Source: Candidatus Campbellbacteria bacterium (GTDB lineage Bacteria > Patescibacteriota > Minisyncoccia > Phycocordibacterales > EsbW-18). From it: a stretch of 64,000 nucleotides of DNA. Below the pieces are notes generated by a model. That model made no database searches. It saw only the letters and a list, made by a program, of their open reading frames with translations, and was not told the DNA's origin. Below are positions 50,609-61,739 of the stretch, in pieces; positions within the stretch are counted from its first letter, which is position 1; each line of letters starts with the position of its first letter. The DNA lies in the NCBI GenBank assembly GCA_016699465.1, contig CP064977.1:409743-473742 (forward strand), read 5' to 3'. A program made the position numbers and the translations under genes.

Positions 50609-53308
50609 CTATCTTCCTTTCATCAATTCAGCCAAAAGTTGTTTCAGGAGTTCAATAAGTTGTGTTTGGAGTTGAATGAGAAACACATTAGTATTAGTGG
50701 CTATTCGTGCTCGCCCAGATGCACCACCTCCAGTAATCGCTTCCTCAACAGCCACTTCGTTCGGAGTTATATCAACCACAAAAATATCTTCGACTTCATT
50801 CGTATCGCCAGCAACAAGATCTGTTGCAAACGACGTAAATGAAATGACATTTCCATCATCAGAAATAAAAGGATTCGCCGAATACTCTGAAACTTCATTC
50901 CCTGCATCATTTACATTAATAAGCGTTGTTGTGTTTTGTGTACGATCACGAAGGAACACATCCGTCCGCTCACTATCAGTGTCATCTGGAGTGAGCACCC
51001 CCCTTGAATCAAACACCACGTACCGTCCATCTGTTGATATTGAAAAACATGAAGCCACCTCTTCCTCACAAGGTTGAGCCAACGATTCTTCTCCTGCAGT
51101 AGAAACGCTCACTCGTTCAATCGTATCAAGTGTTCTATCATACACAAAAAGATCTCCTTGAGCATTTGTATCACCCGCAACAAGATTTGTTGCGTTGGAT
51201 ACAAAGACGGCATACCGACCCGTTGATGAAATAATCCCTTCGTATGAATCCTCATCTGCTTCTAACCCCGCCTCATCTACACTCACTCGTTCAATAGTAT
51301 TGAGTGTGCGATCGTAGACAAATACATCCATGGAACTGTTTGTATCCCCTTCAATGAGATTTGTTGCACTCGAAGAAAACAGCACGTATCGACCATCGTC
51401 AGATATATCAGATGCTCCAGCATTCGAATCCCCTTCGACACCACCACTTGTTTTATCAATAAGCTCAAGAGTCTCAGCATCTCTATCGTACAAAAAAACA
51501 TGATTGTATCCCCGGGTTGTTTCCGCCGTCAAAAGCCCACTTGTTTGAAATAAAACATACTGTCCGTTCCCAGAAATGGTGCCCCCTACTACATGTTCAC
51601 TATTTTCTGCACCTTCGCTACTCAAACTCACTCGTTCGATAACATCTGCGTTACGATCGTACACAAACATATCATCCTTACTATTTGTATCACCGACAAC
51701 AAAGTTACTTGCCCCAGAATAAAAAGCAACATATCGACCATCTGAAGAAATGGATGGATTTTTTGAAGCTCCATTGCCTTCGGCACCCTCATCATCCACA
51801 CTCACACGCTCAATAGTGTCGAGCGTGCGGTCATACACAAACACGTCTGTTACGCCATTTGTATCGTCGGCAACAAGATTTGTTGCATCTGACTCAAACG
51901 CAACATATCGGCCATCTGAAGAAACGACAGACATTATCGAACGAGCGTCCCCTTCACTCCCCGAAGGCGTGTCCGACGCACGACTGATAAGCTCAATTGT
52001 TTCAAGCGTACGATCGTACACAAATCTATCAGCAAATCCATTAGTATCCCCAGTGACAAGATTTGTTGCTGAAGAATTAAACGCAACATATCGCCCATCA
52101 TCTGAAATAGTTGGATACTCAGACGCACCAGTACCCTCAACTGACGCGGCACTCACACTAACACGTTCCGTGACTCCAGATAATTGATCGTGCACAAAGA
52201 TATCCGCAACAGCATTTGTATCACCCGCCACCAAATTACTTGCTTCAGAATCAAACACCACATACCGTCCATCATCTGAAATAGAGGCATTACTTGAATG
52301 ACTATCCCCCTCCACACTCTCACTATCAACACTCATCCGCTCAACCGTATCAAGCGTGCGGTCATACACGAACACATCAGTCGCTCCATTTGTATCACCA
52401 GCGACAAGATTTGTTGCCTCCGAGTCAAACGCAACATATCGCCCATCACCAGAAATAGCAGGGTCTCGTGATGAGCCATCACTTTCCAGACCATCACTAT
52501 CCACACTCACACGCTCGATGATATCGAAGGTTCTGTCATAGACAAAAATATCATCCGCAACACCTGTATCCCCACCAACAAGATTTGTTGCCCCTGAATC
52601 AAATGCGACATAGCGACCGTCTGAAGAAATGGATGGTTCGTTTGATGCAAAATTTCCTTCAACACCCTCACTATCCACACTCACGCGCTCAATAGTATCG
52701 AGCGTGCGGTCATACACAAACACGTCTGTTACGCCATTTGTATCGTCGGCAACAAGATTTGCCCCACCAGAATTGAATGCAACGTATTGCCCGTCATCTG
52801 AAATAGAAGCATCCCGAGAAGAACCATCACTTTCATTTCCAAGAGCATCAATACTTACCCGCTCAATCGTATCAAGTGCTCTGTCATACACAAAAATATC
52901 TTGTACCAAATTTGTATCACCAGCAACGAGATTTGTTGCATCCGATTGAAATGCCACATATCTACCATCTGAAGAAATAAACGGCTTGTCAGATGCGTCA
53001 TCACCTTGAGTACCGTCAGTAGCAACACTCACTCGTTCAATAGCATTGAGCATGCGGTCATACACGAACACATCAGTCGCTCCATTTGTATCGCCAGCGA
53101 CAAGATTTGTTGCATCTGACTCAAATGCAACATATCGGCCATCAGATGAAATCGAGAAATGCGCTCTGTTTACAGAAGATGCATTACCTTCCGCCCCCAA
53201 AACGGTGAATGTTGATGTCGGCACACTCACATGCTCAACGGTTCGTGCGTATACACACAGCGGTACTACAAACGATATAAGTACTGTTGTAATTATTTTT
53301 TGTATCAT
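50609..53308 (-). CDS. large secreted protein with about 16 tandem PD40/TolB-like beta-propeller repeats
   Basis: Signal peptide. Repeating unit about 55 aa: ISSDGRYVAFDS.ATNLV.GDTNG..DVFVYDRTLDTIERVSV. The repeats are also near-identical at the nucleotide level. Confidence 0.55.
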   Translation of the reverse strand: MIQKIITTVLISFVVPLCVYARTVEHVSVPTSTFTVLGAEGNASSVNRAHFSISSDGRYVAFESDATNLVAGDTNGATDVFVYDRMLNAIERVSVATDGTQGDDASDKPFISSDGRYVAFQSDATNLVAGDTNLVQDIFVYDRALDTIERVSIDALGNESDGSSRDASISDDGQYVAFNSGGANLVADDTNGVTDVFVYDRTLDTIERVSVDSEGVEGNFASNEPSISSDGRYVAFDSGATNLVGGDTGVADDIFVYDRTFDIIERVSVDSDGLESDGSSRDPAISGDGRYVAFDSEATNLVAGDTNGATDVFVYDRTLDTVERMSVDSESVEGDSHSSNASISDDGRYVVFDSEASNLVAGDTNAVADIFVHDQLSGVTERVSVSAASVEGTGASEYPTISDDGRYVAFNSSATNLVTGDTNGFADRFVYDRTLETIELISRASDTPSGSEGDARSIMSVVSSDGRYVAFESDATNLVADDTNGVTDVFVYDRTLDTIERVSVDDEGAEGNGASKNPSISSDGRYVAFYSGASNFVVGDTNSKDDMFVYDRNADVIERVSLSSEGAENSEHVVGGTISGNGQYVLFQTSGLLTAETTRGYNHVFLYDRDAETLELIDKTSGGVEGDSNAGASDISDDGRYVLFSSSATNLIEGDTNSSMDVFVYDRTLNTIERVSVDEAGLEADEDSYEGIISSTGRYAVFVSNATNLVAGDTNAQGDLFVYDRTLDTIERVSVSTAGEESLAQPCEEEVASCFSISTDGRYVVFDSRGVLTPDDTDSERTDVFLRDRTQNTTTLINVNDAGNEVSEYSANPFISDDGNVISFTSFATDLVAGDTNEVEDIFVVDITPNEVAVEEAITGGGASGRARIATNTNVFLIQLQTQLIELLKQLLAELMKGR

Positions 53309-53503
53309 ATGAATGTTTTTGCCATGCCACCTATTTTGAAGCGACAGTAAATAAATAAAAAACATAACACCTACATGTATCATACCTATCGCTTCAGTAT
53401 ATCAGGTTTTTATTTTTTCATGGTTTTACTCACCCACATACAAAAACACTCGGCACAGAGCTGGGTGTTTTTATTTACTACACACCTCACCCCTAACAGG
53501 CCG

Positions 53504-54370
53504 CTACTTTCTATTTTTAATAGTTGTGCCATCACTCTCAAACATAATCGTACCAAGATCGTACGTGGCGAACGTTTGGATACTTGAGGAAGCGAACAAA
53601 TCCATCACCTCTTTGTGTGGATGATTGTACTGATTGTTCTTTCCTGCTGAAATAATGGCATACATTGGTGAGACCACCCGGACAAATTCTGGCGCACTCG
53701 AAGTACGCGAACCATGGTGTCCTGCTTTCAAAATGTTGCTTTTGAGCGTTGCTCCATCAAGTGACACAACATATTTTTCAACACCCTGAGGCGCATCCCC
53801 TGTCAACATCACCGTAGTACTTCCGTACACAACCTGCAACACAACAGATGCATTATTATCATTTTTTACACCGTTCATGTCGCGATCCGGATACAAAATG
53901 CGCACATATGCACCATCTTGAAAATTAACAGTTTGCCCACGACGCGCTTCAATATACGTTCCACCCTTTTGTACTTCTTGCTCAACAAGTTGTGTGTAGT
54001 ATCCGTACGTTCCACTGTCCGACTTCACACCAGGATCCATAACGTACGATACATCATACCGTCGCAACACTTCAGGCAGTCCCCCGATGTGATCTTTATC
54101 TGGGTGTGTATTGAGGACCACATCTATACTTCTATCAAAAAACGGCATCACGTCTGAAAGTTTTTGTATGACACGTTTGTCAGGACCTCCATCAACGAGC
54201 ATTTGTTTTCCTGATGGACTAACAATCAATATAGAGTCTCCCTGTCCCACATCTAAAAATGCAACAGTTAAAACACTCTCGCGTTCAAATTGACGCGCAA
54301 CATACCAAATACTTCCCGCTATAAACACGAGAAGTCCAAGTGCAAACATATACAGTTTCCATGAACGCAT
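53504..54370 (-). CDS. MBL-fold metallo-hydrolase (ComEC C-terminal-domain-like)
   Basis: N-terminal TM segment. VAFLDVGQGDSILIV...HPDKDHIGG. Confidence 0.65.
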   Translation of the reverse strand: MRSWKLYMFALGLLVFIAGSIWYVARQFERESVLTVAFLDVGQGDSILIVSPSGKQMLVDGGPDKRVIQKLSDVMPFFDRSIDVVLNTHPDKDHIGGLPEVLRRYDVSYVMDPGVKSDSGTYGYYTQLVEQEVQKGGTYIEARRGQTVNFQDGAYVRILYPDRDMNGVKNDNNASVVLQVVYGSTTVMLTGDAPQGVEKYVVSLDGATLKSNILKAGHHGSRTSSAPEFVRVVSPMYAIISAGKNNQYNHPHKEVMDLFASSSIQTFATYDLGTIMFESDGTTIKNRK

Positions 54371-54428
54371 GTAGGTAGTATATACGCGTCTTGATGAATT
54401 TTAGTTAAAACAGCGTTACACTGTTTTT

Positions 54429-54710
54429 ATGAACAATTTTTTTGGAATAAAAACTGAACTTCTCAATCTCATAACTGGACTTCTTCTTGTCGTAAGTGGA
54501 GTTTTAAATCTCTTTCAAACAAATTTCGAAATGGGAATAAACTGGATTGTCTTCGGTGCAATGTATCTCATCATGGACGACTACATGCAAAATAAAAACA
54601 CAGAAACATTTTTAGAAAAAATGACGGATGCTGGTCGTATTATTTTCAGTTGGGTTGGATTATTGTGCTCCCTCTTTTTAATTGCATACTACATTACACT
54701 TTTTTGGTAA
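54429..54710 (+). CDS. small membrane protein (hypothetical)
   Basis: Two predicted TM helices. Confidence 0.3.
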   Translation: MNNFFGIKTELLNLITGLLLVVSGVLNLFQTNFEMGINWIVFGAMYLIMDDYMQNKNTETFLEKMTDAGRIIFSWVGLLCSLFLIAYYITLFW

Positions 54711-54781
54711 AAGAAAAACGCGGCTTCCATCTTCCCCGAAGGGTTGATGTCAGCCGCGCTGGGCGTCTCGTTGCATTCGTC

Positions 54782-55617
54782 TCAGAGCTGGGCAAACTTC
54801 TCCGTCAGATCGTTGACGAACTGGTGGAACTCGGGCTTCTTCTGGATGTCGGCTTCCCACGCAATCCCCATGTCCACCAAGTTGAACGTCTCCTTGATGT
54901 AGGCACCGGGAACGATGTCGCCGGTCGTTGGATTGCGATCACGACCCATCAGCCAAATCGTGTCCGCGATCTTCGCTGCTGCCGTGATGTCGTGCGACAC
55001 GACGATGGTGGTGTTGAGCTCATTCATGGAGGAAACCTCCATGATGAGATCACAGACACGGTTCTTCACGAGAGGGTCGAGTCCCGAGAACGGCTCGTCC
55101 ATCAGAAGAAAGTGTTCTGAACACATCAACTGTTGAGCGATGGCAACACGCTGGCGCTGGCCGCCAGAAAGCTGCTTGGGGTACTTCCCCGAGTGCTCGG
55201 TGAGACCGAACTTCTCGAGCAGACCTTTGGCTTTCACCAGGGACTGCTGGTCGTTAAGGCCAGCTTGTTTCCCCGCCACAACAAGGTTGCCGAGCACTGT
55301 CCGGTGCATCAGAACACGGTAGTCCTGAGACACCACACCAACTTGTCCCGCCGAAACGGGAATGCCGGTTCCGTTGAGAACGACCTGTCCTACAGTTGGA
55401 TGGAGAAGGCCCGCCATGATGCGGAAGAGTGTCGTCTTGCCGACGCCCGAGGGGCCGAGAAGTGCGACAACCTGCCCGCGAACGAAACCTTCCTGCTTGA
55501 TGTTGTAGACAGCCGTCGTCACGTCGCGGAGAATCGGAACATCCATCCCTTCTGGGGTGAAGCCGACACCGTCGATGTGAAGAAGGATCTCGCCGAACGT
55601 GTAGGTGGGAATCATGG
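54782..55617 (-). CDS. ABC transporter ATP-binding protein (GC-rich block)
   Basis: Walker A GPSGVGKTT, signature LSGGQRQRVAIA, Walker B LLMDEPFSGLD. RBS GGAGAAGAGG. Start immediately follows the permease stop. Confidence 0.8.
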
Positions 55618-56408
55618 CTACCTCTTCTCCAGTCCCAATTGGGACCACGGGCAGACCGCGCGTTTGAACATCACCTGCACCTGATCGAACAACAATCCGA
55701 TACAGAGGATGGAAAACTGGATTGCGTAGATCTCAGGCAACTTGAGGAACTTGCTCTGTGTAAGCAGCAATGCCCCGACGCCACCCTCCGATCGCACCAG
55801 TCCTTCCACTACCGTCAACATCATCCACGCGATTGCCGCGTTCTGCCGTATGGCCTCGAGCACCAAGTCGGCCTTGCCGAGCACGATGACTTCGAAGACT
55901 GTTCGCCACGGTCCCATGCGGAGTGTCCGCGCATGGTCGAGCTCGTCTTTCGTCACTGAATCGACGATTGACAGAATGCTCGGAACCATGAAAACAGACA
56001 AACCAAACACGAGAACCGTGAGCTTGAGCAGGTGTCCACCCCCCGTGAGAAGGGTGAAGATGAAGTTGAGTCCGACGAGCCCGAGGAAGCGCATCTTGGA
56101 GACGAGCTGTCCAGCAGGCTTGAAGAATTGCAGGACACGAAGGTAGCCGAGCCCGAGTGAGAATGTGGTTGCGATGAGAATCGCTTCCACACAGGTCACG
56201 AAGCTGGCCTTCATCGCCTGACCCAAACCGTAGCTGATCCATAGGTGCCCAAAGGCACCGATGACCTCCATCGGCTTGGGAATGACCTTCATGGGCCAGG
56301 CGATCCAGATTCCGAGAGCCACCAGTACCTGGAACGCTACCATGATGGCAGCGTCCTTCCTGGGCACTGTGGCGTGCGGCGTGAACAGCCGCGCGAGTGC
56401 GGTTTTCA
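55618..56408 (-). CDS. ABC transporter permease (NitT/TauT-like)
   Basis: 6-TM permease with an EAA-like loop. RBS AAAGGAGAG. Confidence 0.7.
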
Positions 56409-56659
56409 TCTGTCGTACTCTCCTTTCTGATTGCTGTGTGCTGAGCGCGGAATGCGCTAATTCTGTTTCTGTAATGCAACGAGTTATCAAGGAACACGCG
56501 AGAACGCGTGCAGAATCTGTCTGAGATTAGGCACCTTCTCAAAGCTCTCGCACAATACAAGAGCTCTGAAAGATGCCCGTGCACCGGAGGGTTTGAACCC
56601 ATACGATGCACGAGCGACGGTATTACAATGGAACGGTGTTACTTACCCGATGACGGGGC

Positions 56660-58483
56660 TCAGTTCGTCGAACCGAGCACAATCTCCACACGACGGTTCT
56701 GTGCCTTGCCTTCGGACGTCGTGTTGGACGCCTTGGGCTCGGTCTCGCCGAACGCACGGATGCGAATTCGGCCGTTCGGGAAGTTGGCAGGAGCTTCGTG
56801 CTCCAACCACTCCTTGACGGCGAATGCACGCTGCTCGGAGAGCAGCATGTTACTCTCGTCGTCTCCATCGGAGTCGGTGTGTCCGTGAACCTCCACGGCT
56901 AGCGCTTCGGCGATGACGAGATCCTTCAGCAACTGCTGAAGCTTCGCGAGTGCATCTGGCGTGAACTGGGCCGAGCCACTCACGAAGTTGATCTGCCATG
57001 CTTTGCGCGACACCTCGTCACGAATGCGGGTGGATGACGTGAATGTCGGCGCATCGGCCGTCGTTGTGACACCCACCCGATCCCGAAGCTCTTCGATGAA
57101 CCGGGTGTTGATCACCTGATCCACAGGAGTGTACATCGGGAAATCCTTCGGGTACTGCTGCGAAAGCAGCGAACCGAAGTTCTCATACACCAGCTTGGCG
57201 GTCTTCGCCGAACCAGGGGTCAGGCCGAACAAGCGCAGGTTGTCGGCGAGGTTGTTGGCGTAACTTCCGCCAAGTTCGACCTCGATTCCCTTCTTGTCGC
57301 GCTCGCGCACGACGGTGTAGTACTTCTTCCAGTAGGCCGCCGTCTCCTCGCGGTAGACGTCGGCGCTCACCTTTGCAGCGAAGTCCAGAGCGGCGGGACT
57401 GAACTTGATGTTGTCTCCACCTTCCAGCGCCGCACGCAGGAAGTTCACGACGAGCTCAGGGTGAGCCGTGTCGAACTTCTTGATGCCGATGATTGCGTTG
57501 GGCATCTGGCTGCTGTACTCCTTGGTAGAAGCCAGCGAAACCAAGCCACCCTTCTTCTGTGCAACCATCACATCGCCCGGCGTCCACGTTGCAACACCGT
57601 TGACGCAGACGTGCTTAGCGTCACCCGTACGCCGACCGTTCTTCACGACCGGACGGTCTTCGCAGTAGCCGGTGATGTACTTCTCCGCGGCATCCATGTA
57701 ACTGGCGGCCCGGACCCAGTTGACTGCGTCCGGATCGTACGTCGTTTCGTCGCGATTGTTGATGACGCCGTTGTCCCCCTGGAACTTCAAGCAGACGTTC
57801 CAGTCACCGTCAGTGATGACACCAGCGAAAAGCGCGCCACGCATGGCTTGCGGATTGTGCTTCCATTCCGGCAGACCCATGCACTTGTCCTCGCCGCGGC
57901 TGTAGCCGAGCGAGCCCACATATTCCACCGTGTACTCCGAGCCGAGCCGGCCGAGCGTATTGTTGACCGTCGTAACGAACGCGGGAGCACCGTCCCACAT
58001 GATGGACACATGAGTTGCGCCACCGCTACATTCCGAGCCGCCCGACGAAGACATCTCCGTCGCACAGGTGACGAGGTCGGCTTGCATCTGGCTCACGTCG
58101 TCCTGGCGGTACCAGTAGACGTTGCTTCCGTACTTCGCCATGAGCGAACCGTCCATGGGGACGTTCCCGCCCATCGCGTACCAAAGACCCATCTGCGAAC
58201 TCCACGCCCATCCGGCGATCCGCATCTGCGGGCCGGACATACGGGCGGGGGTGTTGCTCGGCGCCGACGAGGGGACGAATCCCTGCGTCGCCGACGAACT
58301 GGCGGTGCTCAGCGTCGGAAGATCGACCTGCTTGGGCAGGATCGACTTCATGATATTGCTGCCGGGGATGAGCCCGAAGTAATCGAGCCCCAGGTAGCCG
58401 ACGAAGAACGCGGCGATGATGATGCCGAGCTTGGGAAGCGGGCCCAGACGGGCCCAGAAACTGCGCTGATCGTTTCCGTTCAT
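56660..58483 (-). CDS. membrane-anchored periplasmic substrate-binding-like domain fused to a C-terminal OmpA-like peptidoglycan-binding domain
   Basis: N-terminal TM segment. Central SBP-like region. C-terminal OmpA_C motif (...AFGETEP...NRRVEIVL). Confidence 0.5.
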   Translation of the reverse strand: MNGNDQRSFWARLGPLPKLGIIIAAFFVGYLGLDYFGLIPGSNIMKSILPKQVDLPTLSTASSSATQGFVPSSAPSNTPARMSGPQMRIAGWAWSSQMGLWYAMGGNVPMDGSLMAKYGSNVYWYRQDDVSQMQADLVTCATEMSSSGGSECSGGATHVSIMWDGAPAFVTTVNNTLGRLGSEYTVEYVGSLGYSRGEDKCMGLPEWKHNPQAMRGALFAGVITDGDWNVCLKFQGDNGVINNRDETTYDPDAVNWVRAASYMDAAEKYITGYCEDRPVVKNGRRTGDAKHVCVNGVATWTPGDVMVAQKKGGLVSLASTKEYSSQMPNAIIGIKKFDTAHPELVVNFLRAALEGGDNIKFSPAALDFAAKVSADVYREETAAYWKKYYTVVRERDKKGIEVELGGSYANNLADNLRLFGLTPGSAKTAKLVYENFGSLLSQQYPKDFPMYTPVDQVINTRFIEELRDRVGVTTTADAPTFTSSTRIRDEVSRKAWQINFVSGSAQFTPDALAKLQQLLKDLVIAEALAVEVHGHTDSDGDDESNMLLSEQRAFAVKEWLEHEAPANFPNGRIRIRAFGETEPKASNTTSEGKAQNRRVEIVLGSTN

Positions 58484-58552
58484 TGTATCCTCTTTTCTGG
58501 TCTCTGTTTCTGTTGGTTCACTGCCACCCGATCAACGCGATCAAGGTGCTGT

Positions 58553-59650
58553 TCAGCGCGCCACGAGAAGTGGCTCGCGTTGCTGCGGGGTCGTGATGAC
58601 CTGCGCGAGACCGGAGACACCACCTTCGGTGAGAAGGCGCTGTTCGGACGCCGCGCGATCCAGCAAGTTCGTTGCCCTCGCGTCGAACTCGTCCATCTTG
58701 GAGAGTTCGGCGAACATCTTGTCCTCGGCCATGTCGCCCTCCAGCTCGTACGACCCCGTGAATTCCGGAGTCATCCGCATGAAGACCTCGACTTCGGCCT
58801 CGGACTGGGCGATCTGCTCACCCATGTACTCCATGGAGAGAGCGAAGAACTCCGCCTGGCTGTTCCCACCACCGAGCGTGCTCGACACGATGTTCACGGC
58901 CTCTCGGGTTTCCTCCGAGGCCTTGAACTCGGCCGTCATGATCTCGACGGTGAGTTGGATCATCCTGATGTAGAACTTGTACGCCTGGACGAACTTCTCC
59001 AGGACGACCTGCCGCTTCTTGAGAAGCTCGAGTTGGAACTCGAACTTCTTGAGCGACTTGGACCGCATCTCGTACTCGAAGGAAGCCTCGCGAAACTGCG
59101 CTGACTTCTCTTCACTGCTCCAACGGCCCGTCTTATCGTCGTAGTGACGAGACTTGAGGGCCTCCGCTGTTCTGCGAGCGGTCTCGATCTGCTCCTTGGT
59201 CACTGCGATCGCTCGCTCACGCTCTTTGACGATTGCGACGAGACGGCTGAGTGCACTGACCAAATTGTTGAGCTGGGTACCGAGGTACTCGTGCGCGTAC
59301 AACTTGGCGTGTTCCGCCGGGTTCATACGAAGAATCCAGAGGCTCATCTTCTTGGCAAGACGCCGGTAGATGTGCCATCCGAGAGTCCTTGTCCCCGGTT
59401 GGATTGCGACCCACACCGCACCACCGAGAAGCGCCGCCTTGATAGCGATCGCCGTCATGTAGCTGAACGATGTGCTGATGAGGCCGAGCGTCGAGACGAT
59501 GCTCGGCAGGACCAGAGGGCCGATGCCGAAGGTGACCGCCGCGACGATTGCCGCGAGGGTGAGTGCACCGACGACCTTCTCCTTCTTGGCCACGAAGTCC
59601 TTCATGGACGACGAGCCCGAGGAGAGTTGTGGAACTGAGGGCAGGTTCAT
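58553..59650 (-). CDS. membrane-associated coiled-coil protein, possibly TelA-like
   Basis: Two N-terminal hydrophobic segments then a long alpha-helical/coiled-coil region. RBS AAAGGA. Confidence 0.35.
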   Translation of the reverse strand: MNLPSVPQLSSGSSSMKDFVAKKEKVVGALTLAAIVAAVTFGIGPLVLPSIVSTLGLISTSFSYMTAIAIKAALLGGAVWVAIQPGTRTLGWHIYRRLAKKMSLWILRMNPAEHAKLYAHEYLGTQLNNLVSALSRLVAIVKERERAIAVTKEQIETARRTAEALKSRHYDDKTGRWSSEEKSAQFREASFEYEMRSKSLKKFEFQLELLKKRQVVLEKFVQAYKFYIRMIQLTVEIMTAEFKASEETREAVNIVSSTLGGGNSQAEFFALSMEYMGEQIAQSEAEVEVFMRMTPEFTGSYELEGDMAEDKMFAELSKMDEFDARATNLLDRAASEQRLLTEGGVSGLAQVITTPQQREPLLVAR

Positions 59651-59685
59651 GAATATCCTTTCTTGCAGTGCTTTCGTTGACCTAG

Positions 59686-60431
59686 TTACTGGTTGACTTC
59701 CGACAGAAGCCGCGAGAACTCCGACATCAGCGGTTCGTGAGCGCTCTCGAATCTGGCCCGGACTTCCGAGACCATGTTCGAGAGCTCGTTGACGCTCTGC
59801 TCGGCAAGGGCTCGCGCCCGCTTCGCCTCTTCGAGCTGACGCTCGAGATCGGCGACGTGCGACGTAGCGTCTTGCAACGCCTGCCGTCGACTGACCGTCG
59901 CCTGTTGCGACTCTTCGGCGATCTGCTCTTCGAATACGACACGCGCATTCTCGAGCACCGCCAGCCGTTCACGCACGGATGCGATGACCTGCTGACGACT
60001 GATCTTCTGGACACGCTCCAGAGACTTGAGCGTCATCGACACAGCCTGTCGTCTGTCGGCGACATCGTCGTCGATAACGTCGAGCTGTGTGAGAAACTCC
60101 TCGAGTCCTGCGGTCGTCACCTTCTCCGCGATGTCCTTTCGGAGTTTCGCGGAGAACGTCGGATCTGGCTCCTTGGGAGCGACCGACGATGATGTCTTCT
60201 GCTGAAAGCGCGCCGGTGCGATTCCGAGCGGCAAGAGCGGCTCGGAACGTACTGGCGGAGGAGGACTGGACGACGCATGACTTGCGAAAGTCGGCACGCG
60301 TCCAGACGGAGACGCCGCTCGAGGGGTCGGTGTAGGCACCGTCGAAGACGGCGTCTCCGATTCCCTCTTACGGCGCTCCAACTCCTCCGGGGTTGGAGCC
60401 AGGATGAGATCTCTGAGTTTCACGCTCATTA
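59686..60431 (-). CDS. coiled-coil protein with Pro/Ser-rich N-terminal region (hypothetical)
   Basis: RBS AAAGGAGTA then ATG (MSVKLRDL...). C-terminal heptad-like coiled coil. Confidence 0.4.
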
Positions 60432-61059
60432 CTCCTTTCTGATTCTGTTGCTGTTTCTGTATGCTGGTGAACGGTGACTTCTGACGTGCTTCTTCAGAGT
60501 CGATCGGTTGGTCGCTTCGGCCGCGCATTGAATGCACGCCAACCACGACGTTTTCCTCGAACATCCGAGAGAATCACGGCACTTCCGCTTTCTGGAAACG
60601 ACTTCTCCTTCCACACCGGTGGCGTGAGAGAAAAAGTAACGCTTCCTTGAAGTTCGGGAGTGTCTTCCTCTGCCTGTGCAACTGCGTACGGGCCATGTGG
60701 TCCTTCGAGGTACACCCGTTGGACGATACACACCCATCGCTTCTTCTGCGGTGGCGGAATAGTAATCACCTCCTTTCCATTGTAATGACAAAGAACAGTG
60801 AATAAGAAAAAGCTCGCAACACGATGTTACGGGCCTTTTCACTGGTCGCAAGTATAGCAAATTTAAAACATTCGTCAAGTAGACACACATGCTATTTTGT
60901 GTTGATTTAAAATACGAAAAAGCCCCGAACAAATCGGCCTGTGGGGCTCGTTCGTTTGGGGCCTGTGTATCTCGCGTAGGGTGATGCTTCAGCCGACTCG
61001 CTTCGCGTTGCGAAAGCGAATCTCGTCGATGCGTGCCGCCAACTTGACGGGTGTAGTAA

Positions 61060-61419
61060 CTAAGTTGTCTGGAGTTGGTGCGGAAGATGAGGTGAGCTCC
61101 TCGGCGTCATGGTAATGACGAGAGCGCAGAGAAACACCAGAATCGGACAAACCACTCGTCCCCCGAAGTCGGCCGCGTTCTCCATCCAACACTTCGGTCG
61201 ATTGGAGACTGCGTGGATGAAGACATTGAAGTCTCCATCCGCTCGAGTGCTGTACTTCCCTGAAGCACGCGCGATCACCTCTTGACGAAGCGTCTCCACA
61301 TATTGCGCATGCTCGAGTTGATGCGTGTGAAAAGCACCATGCCACCACGTGAGCCCCAGGTTTAGGAGCCCTACGAAACACAGTACCGCGGGTGCAACCA
61401 ATCTTGTGAGTCGGTTCAT
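61060..61419 (-). CDS. secreted hypothetical protein
   Basis: RBS AAGGAGAAG. Signal peptide LVAPAVLCFVGLLNLGL. Confidence 0.4.
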   Translation of the reverse strand: MNRLTRLVAPAVLCFVGLLNLGLTWWHGAFHTHQLEHAQYVETLRQEVIARASGKYSTRADGDFNVFIHAVSNRPKCWMENAADFGGRVVCPILVFLCALVITMTPRSSPHLPHQLQTT

Positions 61420-61432
61420 TGACTTCTCCTTA

Positions 61433-61600
61433 TGACTTCGTGAGAGGGACAGCACCGAGGAACTTCTGGAGCTCGATCTCTGCTTCGGCGATCTTCTCCT
61501 CCACGATGACAAGAGTCTTGTCGAACCCCTCCAACTCCGCCTGAACAACTTCTTGGTTCGGCCCTTCTTCGAGAACCGGCCCATCCACTTTCTTGTTCAT
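61433..61600 (-). CDS. small acidic coiled-coil protein (56 aa)
   Basis: RBS AAGGAGGAG, 3 nt, ATG. MNKKVDGPVLEEGPNQEVVQAELEGFDKTLVIVEEKIAEAEIELQKF... Confidence 0.4.
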
Positions 61601-61644
61601 TAACTCCTCCTTGGTCACTAGTTGATAAGGAACAATCCAAAAGA

Positions 61645-61672
61645 AATATAGCATATATAAAGTATTTGTCAA
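61645..61672 (-). promoter_or_regulatory. sigma70-like promoter TTGACA-N16-TATATT
   Basis: Minus-strand consensus -35 and a 5/6 -10, upstream of the 61600 gene. Shares ATTATAATGTTGACAAA with the 62337-62365 promoter. Confidence 0.45.
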
Positions 61673-61739
61673 CATTATAATATTTTGAAATCTTATATAA
61701 AAAGCCGAGATTCCCTATTGGAAACCTCGGCAACACACC

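Noticed and set aside
60429-60932. 167-aa minus-strand ORF overlapping the 5' end of the 59686-60431 gene
   Set aside because: No RBS. It overlaps a gene that has a clear RBS and start. The region 60560-60960 is better explained as an untranslated GC-rich spacer plus an AT-rich stretch.
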